Virus record (IMG/VR): IMGVR_UViG_3300046522_000748
DNA: 64,000 bases
Strand: one strand, 5' to 3'
Source: a virus
Lineage: Duplodnaviria > Heunggongvirae > Uroviricota > Caudoviricetes
The position numbers and the translations under genes were made by a program. The notes under the pieces were generated by a model. That model was given only the letters and a program-made list of their open reading frames with translations, was not told where the DNA came from and searched no databases. Positions 57,368 to 64,000 of this stretch are shown here, piece by piece (the first letter of the stretch is position 1; each line of letters starts with the position of its first letter).

Positions 57368-58284
57368 TGAGCCACTATTTCTCGATTCGTGATTTGGGTT
57401 TGACTCTTGAAGAGGCTCAAGCCCTGCGTGACTGCGCCATCGAGCGCCAGCCTGAGCTGGTCAAGGTGGTTGGCGAATACGCGCTCAAAGAGGAAGAGCG
57501 CACGCTGAAGGATTTGCGTAGTGCAGCGGAAGCCAACAAGATTCCCCATGAAAAGGTGGGTGAACTGCTGGCCATTCGCAACTTTTCTCGTGACAAGCTG
57601 ACGGCTGAACATATGACTCCGCTGATTTTCGAAGCGAAGTTCAATTCGGAGCACGGCGTGTTCACTGAACATGAAAGCTTTGGTTGCATGTCCAACCATT
57701 CGAGCACCAGCACGCACCCGACTTTCGTGGGCACCCCGACGCTGGACAGCAGCATGGTCAACTTGCGCTTTCACCGCGCTCAGTTGAGCTGCGACCGTTT
57801 TTCCAGTGAAGAACCTTCCATGGATTCGACTCGGGCGCTGGGTGAATTTGATTTGTCCGCTGATCAGTTCGCCGGTCTGATGCGTGAGCGCAACTCGGGC
57901 AGCCCTTGTGCCATCGGTCGTGACGGCTCGAAATTGCTGGACGCACCGCCGCGCATGATTTCCAGCGTGACCATCGCTGCCGAAACAAAGCTGAAGGCCA
58001 AGGCGATTGTTGCGCCATTGATGCAAGCGTGCAAAACCATGCGTGAACATTTGGCTGGCGCCGCGAAGATCAGTACCAAGGCCGATTATGCTTTGCTGAT
58101 TCAGCATGCGCTGAATGTTCAGGAGGCGATGGACTTGGTGCGCCCTCCCCTGCGCGCCCTGTTGGCTGAAACAGCAGGCCTGCTGGCGGAGTCTTCGACC
58201 AAGCAACTGATGTCGGAGATTGCCGAACCGCTCAAGGCCTTGGGGATGGACGCTGCTGAAGTGCTGCGCTTGATGAACCACTAA
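57367..58284 (+). CDS. hypothetical protein, second of a coupled pair
   Basis: TAATG overlap; EFDLSADQFAGLM..GSPC resembles DVEMTQMAFASLL of partner. Confidence 0.8.
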   Translation: MSHYFSIRDLGLTLEEAQALRDCAIERQPELVKVVGEYALKEEERTLKDLRSAAEANKIPHEKVGELLAIRNFSRDKLTAEHMTPLIFEAKFNSEHGVFTEHESFGCMSNHSSTSTHPTFVGTPTLDSSMVNLRFHRAQLSCDRFSSEEPSMDSTRALGEFDLSADQFAGLMRERNSGSPCAIGRDGSKLLDAPPRMISSVTIAAETKLKAKAIVAPLMQACKTMREHLAGAAKISTKADYALLIQHALNVQEAMDLVRPPLRALLAETAGLLAESSTKQLMSEIAEPLKALGMDAAEVLRLMNH

Positions 58285-58374
58285 GTCTCAGTAACGCGGG
58301 TCAAAGGAGGGGGCGATGAGAATCGCCCTTTTCTTTGGTTGCCAGCAAAACCACTGATAATTAAAGGAGTCTTT

Positions 58375-58566
58375 ATGGAATCGTGGGTAAACGAAAAAGA
58401 ACATCACGTTGCGTTTTTTGAACGCAAAGTCCAGGCACTCGGATTGCCTATCGAGAAAACAAAGGCGGAAGGTTGCTATCAAGATCCTACTGTTGAGCAA
58501 CTGTGGGCGTTCTACCGACTGGGTGTAGAACAAGAGAACCAAGAGTGGCAGAAGGACTACTGCTGA
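58375..58566 (+). CDS. small hypothetical protein
   Basis: AAGGAG RBS. Confidence 0.6.
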   Translation: MESWVNEKEHHVAFFERKVQALGLPIEKTKAEGCYQDPTVEQLWAFYRLGVEQENQEWQKDYC

Positions 58567-58620
58567 CTTTGACTGCGCAGAGCGCTATAATATTCAACTA
58601 TTGAACACGGACATTTACCC

Positions 58621-59091
58621 ATGATTGCCACCTCGCTGAATACCGCACATGCCTTTTTGCTCCTCGCATCCACTGAGGGCATGAGGCTGACGAACCTGCG
58701 ATTGCAGCGTTTGGTGATCATTGCGCATGGCGCTCATCTCGCGGCGTACAATGAGCCGCTATTCAGGGAGCCGGTACTTGCCTGGGATTTTGGTCCTGTC
58801 GTTTCAGATCTCTATGATTCTTTGAGGCATTACGGATCTGGGTATGTCGATTGCGAGGGGCCAGGAGTGCATCAGTCCCTTCTGGCTCTGAATCATGGCG
58901 CAAGTCAGGCCATACGAGCCGCTTGGGAGGCCTACAAGGCTTACGATGAGTCGCGGCTTGGTCAGTGCCTAAAGGGTATCAAAAGTCCTTGGTACGGCGT
59001 CTGGAATGGTCGTGGCACACGCTATACGGTCATTTCGAACGAGCTGTTCAAAGAATACTACGCCAACAAGATCAGAAGGCTGGCCGCTTAA
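58621..59091 (+). CDS. Panacea (DUF4065/SocA/GepA) antitoxin-domain protein, orphan
   Basis: LTNLRLQRL..AHG..PLF.E...AWDFGPVV..LY, SPW. Confidence 0.85.
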   Translation: MIATSLNTAHAFLLLASTEGMRLTNLRLQRLVIIAHGAHLAAYNEPLFREPVLAWDFGPVVSDLYDSLRHYGSGYVDCEGPGVHQSLLALNHGASQAIRAAWEAYKAYDESRLGQCLKGIKSPWYGVWNGRGTRYTVISNELFKEYYANKIRRLAA

Positions 59092-59128
59092 AATGCCCAT
59101 CTGATCTTGGGCTCACTTATGAATATTT

Positions 59129-59500
59129 TTAATCAACCAGCGCTGGTGAAATCGGCTGTACTTTGATTTCGCCCTCTGTAAAATTCAGAGGAACACCACG
59201 CTTCAAAATCTCAAGACAAAATCCGTGATCCGATGTTACTGGATAGACAAAATCCGGAACCATGAAATCCGTATCCATTTCATTGCCTGCTTGGAAATCA
59301 AGCATCCTGCGAGATGGGGTGTAATGCATGCAGCACAGGCGATTATTTTCCAGGTAAGTGTGAATATAACGGCCATCTTTCCTATGACCCAAGAGTATCG
59401 TGCGGTCTACATCATTGTCCGGTACATCGTCCCATGAAATTTCAACATTCGGGGTTGGGGTTTTGAATTGTTTGAGTGCTTCAAGCTGTTCTGGAGTCAT
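59129..59500 (-). CDS. hypothetical protein, paralog of 54381..55169 N-terminal domain
   Basis: DRTILLG..HTYLEN..VYP..SD..FC..G..LNFT. Confidence 0.7.
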   Translation of the reverse strand: MTPEQLEALKQFKTPTPNVEISWDDVPDNDVDRTILLGHRKDGRYIHTYLENNRLCCMHYTPSRRMLDFQAGNEMDTDFMVPDFVYPVTSDHGFCLEILKRGVPLNFTEGEIKVQPISPALVD

Positions 59501-59549
59501 GGAATAAATCCTTCGGTATGCCCACCAAAAAAATGATGGGAGTGTTTAA

Positions 59550-60083
59550 TTAAAAGTAAATCGATTTATCTTGATTATGATGTTTGCACTCCAGCACTTC
59601 GCCCGTCAGCGCATCAACCAGTCGTGATTCGATAACCCATGAATCAGCATCCAGGTGCATCTCGGGAAGTTCTTTTTCAAAAAGATCTCTCGCGTGATTT
59701 TCATGGAAAATGGTCATCCATTCAGGATCTTTGTGATATGGCTTGCGAGAAGGCCCATCCATGGAGGCGTAATATACTGCGCCACACGCTGATGCATATT
59801 CAATCCTGCAATTGCGCTGTGAACTTTTAAAATAGTCTTCACCAAGATCTCGAATGGATTGCTGAACCTCCTCAAGAGTACAGTTTCGGTCTACTGCCCA
59901 ATCATTTTTTCTATGCCAATTGGGTAGGCCAAACAGTCGCCACTCGAAGACATTTTGATCGCTAAGGCCATTCGAAAAAACACCAACAGGCACATCATTG
60001 TAAAGCACTTGAATATAAACATCTCGAAGTGGATAGTTATCAACTGCTTTTTCTTCGGGTGCAAGTTGCTTGAAGGTAAACAT
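59550..60083 (-). CDS. paralog-array protein 4
   Basis: MFTFKQL..PVGVFSN..W.L..VDALTGE. Confidence 0.7.
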   Translation of the reverse strand: MFTFKQLAPEEKAVDNYPLRDVYIQVLYNDVPVGVFSNGLSDQNVFEWRLFGLPNWHRKNDWAVDRNCTLEEVQQSIRDLGEDYFKSSQRNCRIEYASACGAVYYASMDGPSRKPYHKDPEWMTIFHENHARDLFEKELPEMHLDADSWVIESRLVDALTGEVLECKHHNQDKSIYF

Positions 60084-60086
60084 GAC

Positions 60087-60344
60087 CTACTCCTGCTCTT
60101 GAGTTTTTGGCTTTTCGCTCTTTGCAGTCACTTGATCAATGAGCCTGTCAGCATTGCATGCCTTTGCGAATGGGCCAGGAATTGCAAAACACTCAAAAAA
60201 ACTGCCTTCATTCGGTTGCATCGCTTTCTCGCTCACCGGTTCCGGTGAGTTTGGCTGCATATACAAAATAATCACAGCGCCGCCACCCATTCCCAGCAGG
60301 AAGACCATTTGGACTGCAATCCATATCAGCACCCGATTGTTCAT
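60087..60344 (-). CDS. small membrane-anchored protein
   Basis: N-terminal TM. Confidence 0.55.
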   Translation of the reverse strand: MNNRVLIWIAVQMVFLLGMGGGAVIILYMQPNSPEPVSEKAMQPNEGSFFECFAIPGPFAKACNADRLIDQVTAKSEKPKTQEQE

Positions 60345-60929
60345 TCAGATGTCCACCCGTTGTTCATAAAGCATGGGGGCGTCCACGTAGTTTATCAGCA
60401 GTTCTTCACCGGTCATATCATCCATGATCATGCTTTTTGTAATAAAGTCGCCAGTCACATCCAGGATTGGATTATCGTTGGTGAGCGATTTAAGGGCGTT
60501 TTCAGCATCAACATAAGTGAAAGGATGAGCCTCCATCCGTCCATTGACGATTGGGTAACAGGCTTTGCCATCCTTGCCGATTGCATGGCTTCGGAAATAG
60601 CAAAATCCATAGGCAGAGATGTGCATGATGATCGATGACCGCTCAGGAACTGTGAGCGACTCGAATCGCATCAATCGCACTTTGGAGAGTGCTTCTCGTA
60701 GCGTCAGCTCTGGCATCTCGAAAACACGTCGATCTGCCGTGCGAATGAGCTTCCAATTACAAACGGGATCACGCACATCGTTGCCTTCGCTTTTCGGATC
60801 ATCCTGATGGGTCAGCACCGCAAGTTGCTTTCTCGTGGCTACATCCAATACGGCGACATTCAAAACGCTCGGTGTTGAGCCATGCAGCGTATAAAACTCT
60901 ATGCTTGAATTGGGGGTATGTTGAGGCAT
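60345..60929 (-). CDS. paralog-array protein 3
   Basis: LAVLT..WKL.R..SAYG..DDMTGE. Confidence 0.65.
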   Translation of the reverse strand: MPQHTPNSSIEFYTLHGSTPSVLNVAVLDVATRKQLAVLTHQDDPKSEGNDVRDPVCNWKLIRTADRRVFEMPELTLREALSKVRLMRFESLTVPERSSIIMHISAYGFCYFRSHAIGKDGKACYPIVNGRMEAHPFTYVDAENALKSLTNDNPILDVTGDFITKSMIMDDMTGEELLINYVDAPMLYEQRVDI

Positions 60930-60972
60930 GACTCATTATCCGGACATTTGATGGTTTTTGATTGCGGCGCGT

Positions 60973-61515
60973 TTAGCTTGTAGCCTTGTCGTACAGCGTT
61001 GCCGATTGTTTGTTCTCAATTGCTTTCGATTTGATGACGATACCGTCAGAAATATTGGCAACAGTGACTTCCACAAACCAATCACCAGGAATCGAAACTC
61101 CCAATGGTCGATAATGATCTTCTGCCTGTTCAAACATCGCCAAACATTGATCTCGGCTCATCGCCAGTGCTCGGGTTTCATCTTGTATCAAGCCATAACG
61201 TGAGTCACTATAGTGCAGACTCAGGCCATATGCGGTTTTGAAGGTCAGTCGGTATTTCGGCTGGAGGTCTTGAATAACAACTGTCTGAACGTAATCCAGC
61301 GCATCCTTCGTCGAAGGAAAAGTTCGGTTGTCGAACAGTGCCATGTGATCACTCAGGCGATAAAGTACCCACCGCTGCTGTTTTTTGTCAGCATCCGAAT
61401 GCGATTGTCCTGATCCACGGTGATTGCTCAAAATGGCTACTGGTGCTCCATCTTTCAATACGTGGTAGCTACTGACAAAAGTTTTTTGAGAGTTGAGTTT
61501 AGCGAATTCGTACAT
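60973..61515 (-). CDS. paralog-array protein 2
   Basis: MYEFAKL..SYHVLKDGAPVAILS..TAYG..GDWFV. Confidence 0.75.
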   Translation of the reverse strand: MYEFAKLNSQKTFVSSYHVLKDGAPVAILSNHRGSGQSHSDADKKQQRWVLYRLSDHMALFDNRTFPSTKDALDYVQTVVIQDLQPKYRLTFKTAYGLSLHYSDSRYGLIQDETRALAMSRDQCLAMFEQAEDHYRPLGVSIPGDWFVEVTVANISDGIVIKSKAIENKQSATLYDKATS

Positions 61516-61571
61516 GTGGATCTCCTTTGCCCGTTCCAGCTCCGCTGTCCCGGAATAATGACCAGCGGTGG

Positions 61572-62105
61572 TTAGCCCTGGTGCTCGTAGCGGATTTCAC
61601 TTTGCCCGAGACGTTCGGTAGCGATGGTTTGGCCGTTCTCAAAAGCGACTAGTTCGGCTTTCACTAGCCAATCGCCTGAAATCAATGGCCGCAACTTCAA
61701 AAGTCGATTTTCATTCTTCAAGAGTGAAATGCCTTCTTCAAGAGACATCGTTGTGCATTCGTCAGGATCGGTAACGAGTTCATCGTCTTTATTGAAGGCG
61801 ACACTGAAAAACAACGTAAATCCGTAAGCAGTATCGACCATGAGGTAGCAAGTGCTATAAGCGACCTCTGGCTCGATGTTGATAGCGCAAGTCAACCGTT
61901 TGGCTTGCTCCAAGGTCATCGCCTTGTCGAATCCCGGTACTTCAGAACCATCTGCAAGTCGGAACAGTGCCCACGAATGAATGTCGGACACGCGACTCGG
62001 TGTGCCCAGGCAGTCACTCAAGATAGCCACTGGCTTTCCGTTTTGAAGCACGTGGAAGCTGGTCGTGATGGCTCTGTCTGACTTGAGTTGAATAAATTCG
62101 TACAT
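61572..62105 (-). CDS. paralog-array protein 1
   Basis: MYEFIQL..SFHVLQNGKPVAILS..TAYG..GDWLV. Confidence 0.75.
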   Translation of the reverse strand: MYEFIQLKSDRAITTSFHVLQNGKPVAILSDCLGTPSRVSDIHSWALFRLADGSEVPGFDKAMTLEQAKRLTCAINIEPEVAYSTCYLMVDTAYGFTLFFSVAFNKDDELVTDPDECTTMSLEEGISLLKNENRLLKLRPLISGDWLVKAELVAFENGQTIATERLGQSEIRYEHQG

Positions 62106-62154
62106 GCGCGGTTCCTTTGGTCTTTTCGAGCCATTACTGGCTATGACGGTGCCG

Positions 62155-62334
62155 TCAGCGAGTGTTGGTCGGCTTGGTCAGCGCGATAATGTCGCCAAGC
62201 TTGGGCAGTGCGGTTGCGACGGCCATGATCGTCAATACGAACTTCCAGAACACGGCGGGCTCTTGTAGGTAGGAACCGGCGAGCGTCAGGAAGGCCCACT
62301 CAAGGAAAAAGCCGATACCGTCTAGAAAATTCAT
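62155..62334 (-). CDS. 59-aa membrane peptide
   Basis: MNFLDGIGFFLEWAFLTLAG..; first ORF after operator promoter 62367-62406; not in ORF track. Confidence 0.55.
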   Translation of the reverse strand: MNFLDGIGFFLEWAFLTLAGSYLQEPAVFWKFVLTIMAVATALPKLGDIIALTKPTNTR

Positions 62335-62389
62335 TGTGCGCCCTGTGCCGTGCTGTAAATGAGAAAATCATACCCGCGACCACCTCCGC

Positions 62390-62406
62390 TGTCAATATTA
62401 TTGACA
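62390..62406. promoter_or_regulatory. operator TGTCA-N7-TGACA
   Basis: Perfect site; TTGACA-17-TATGAT. Confidence 0.8.
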
Positions 62407-62430
62407 AAAGCAAGGCGAGTAGATTTTGTG

Positions 62431-62724
62431 CTATTCGACAGGGATTTCTAGCAGCTCGGAGCCGAAGTCTACTAGGGTGTTGATGTGGTAGTCGATATTG
62501 AGCACCAGATCTGCCAAGCCGTAATTGAGGTCGGCTCCACAAAGATTCAATTGAAGCTCGTTGTCATGGCAGGTGCCTTGAGGATCGTCCTTTGCAGCTT
62601 GACGCAGAAGGGTCATTTGCTCCCGTGCTACTTGTACTGCTGTTTCTGCTGGATGAAGTCCAACAAAAAACATTTTGGTGAGAACGGTATCGGTCGCTTG
62701 GTCAATCAGTCGCTGACGGTTCAT
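62431..62724 (-). CDS. hypothetical protein
   Basis: Operator promoter 62756-62795. Confidence 0.65.
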   Translation of the reverse strand: MNRQRLIDQATDTVLTKMFFVGLHPAETAVQVAREQMTLLRQAAKDDPQGTCHDNELQLNLCGADLNYGLADLVLNIDYHINTLVDFGSELLEIPVE

Positions 62725-62778
62725 GCTCGGTAGCCTTTGCTTAAATAATGCTTAAAGTATAACAACAGCCTGAGCAAT

Positions 62779-62795
62779 TGTCAATTGCAGTGACA
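62779..62795. promoter_or_regulatory. operator TGTCA-N7-TGACA
   Basis: Perfect site; TTGACA-17-TATACT. Confidence 0.8.
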
Positions 62796-62796
62796 T

Positions 62797-63456
62797 TTAT
62801 CCGGCTTTTTTGTCAACTTCCTCAAGGACGGCTGGAAAAATGACTTCCCAGAAATGCTCCCAACCGGGGTTTACTTTTTGTACCATGGGAAGCGGTTCCT
62901 GATTTTTACCGGCGTGGTCTCGATAGGTGATCAGGTATTGCATGATCGAGGATGGTGCGGGCTCCCCTTCTGGGTTACTCATTTGAACCTTGCCTTCTGG
63001 TGTTACCGGGCTGGCCAAAAGAAACAGAAATTCTTCCTCAGTGAAATCGGTTGGAAATTCGTTTTCCAGTGCCTGGGTGATTCTGACGTGGGCTTCATCG
63101 GCATTCTCATCCAGTGCTGATGGATTTTCTTGAAAGAAGATGTAGGCCTGCGTCGTTTCCAGCCTGACGGCGTTAATACTGGAAACAAAGTCCAGGATTT
63201 CAAATTCACACTCCTCTTCAGCTTTTTCACGGAGGATGCTGTGAATTTTTTCATTAAATGAAAGTTGATGCTCGGTGGCCGTCCGCGCCCTGAAGTAGAA
63301 ATTCAACTTCAGAGATGGGGCACGTACATCCAGCGTCACGCAGTCAGTGTTTTCGGAGATATCGATATACGCGGCAACCGAATCTTTTTGGTATTTAATC
63401 GAAAGACGAGCGTATTTAGATACTTCAATGGTGGCGCTGGTGGTCATCACATTCAC
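62797..63456 (-). CDS. hypothetical protein
   Basis: 219-aa acidic ORF. Confidence 0.7.
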   Translation of the reverse strand: MNVMTTSATIEVSKYARLSIKYQKDSVAAYIDISENTDCVTLDVRAPSLKLNFYFRARTATEHQLSFNEKIHSILREKAEEECEFEILDFVSSINAVRLETTQAYIFFQENPSALDENADEAHVRITQALENEFPTDFTEEEFLFLLASPVTPEGKVQMSNPEGEPAPSSIMQYLITYRDHAGKNQEPLPMVQKVNPGWEHFWEVIFPAVLEEVDKKAG

Positions 63457-63483
63457 TCTGATTATTAGTAGGTGGTGTTTTTT

Positions 63484-63591
63484 CTATTTGGCCGGGCTAA
63501 TACACGTGTTTTCCAGGCGAGCAAAAGCGGCATCCACTGAAGATTGCATCAGAGCACTGAGGTCGATGATGGGCAAACCGTTTCCAGACAT
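63484..63591 (-). CDS. 35-aa ORF
   Basis: First ORF after operator promoter 63619-63658. Confidence 0.35.
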   Translation of the reverse strand: MSGNGLPIIDLSALMQSSVDAAFARLENTCISPAK

Positions 63592-63641
63592 GGCTTTTAC
63601 TCGATATTTAATGATGGAAGTATAATGATCTCAATCCTTTT

Positions 63642-63658
63642 TGTCAACCACAATGACT
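63642..63658. promoter_or_regulatory. operator TGTCA-N7-TGACT
   Basis: TTGACA-17-TATACT. Confidence 0.75.
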
Positions 63659-64000
63659 AAGCGTGACGCTCTGTTCTTGCCGCTGATGTAAAAGGTCGGC
63701 AGGTAATCTCGATTGGCTTTACAGGCATTCAGGACTGAGGTAAAACAGATGGAACGGGCTTCACATCTGATGCAAGGAAATGGACATGCCAGCGAGAACA
63801 CTCCCCTTTTTATGTGCTCAACGTGACATTGAAAATGCGTGTGAATGCCTGGATGATCTATTTAAGGAATTCGGTCACAAGCATTCTTTGCACCCTGATC
63901 AGGCGCTTGATCTTGCTCAGGGATATTTTAACAAGGCGATTGGTTCGCTTGAGCGCTATTCGACCGCAAGCCCTCCGCCGACTGACCGTGGCTTTGCAAT

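Noticed and set aside
8279-63658. Operator as a host CRP, FNR/ANR or PhoB site
   Set aside because: CRP is TGTGA-N6-TCACA, FNR is TTGAT-N4-ATCAA and PhoB uses direct repeats; none fits TGTCA-N7-TGACA
1-64000. CRISPR array, IS elements, reverse transcriptase or phage structural module
   Set aside because: No regularly spaced repeats, transposase, YxDD RT or capsid/tail/terminase motifs seen

Overview
Gene-dense, mostly minus-strand accessory region made of many short hypothetical genes. It most resembles a Pseudomonas-associated megaplasmid or large conjugative element: SohB and HipA look Pseudomonas-like and there are Dot/Icm (type IVB) derived domains, but no phage structural genes, transposases, integrase or CRISPR array. 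Recognisable genes are a metallophosphoesterase, AlkB-family dioxygenase, TIM-barrel protein, methyl-accepting chemotaxis protein, Fic protein, LPD11- and ART-type polyvalent domains, an orphan HipA kinase, an orphan Panacea antitoxin, DUF2726, SohB, a NUDIX-like protein, an adenine DNA methyltransferase and tRNA-fMet. The most interesting signals are: (1) a ~550-nt promoter- and terminator-bounded, helix-rich non-coding transcript at 2527-3080 (-); (2) a palindromic operator TGTCA-N7-TGACA overlapping the -35 box of at least 15 near-consensus sigma70 promoters, implying a replicon-wide regulon; (3) a shared structured 5' leader in front of two genes with related N-terminal domains; (4) four stand-alone copies of a DotL/IcmO all-alpha-like domain, three of them beside a degenerate DotB/PilT-like ATPase. 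Family assignments come from motif recognition by eye and recall; no database search was run.
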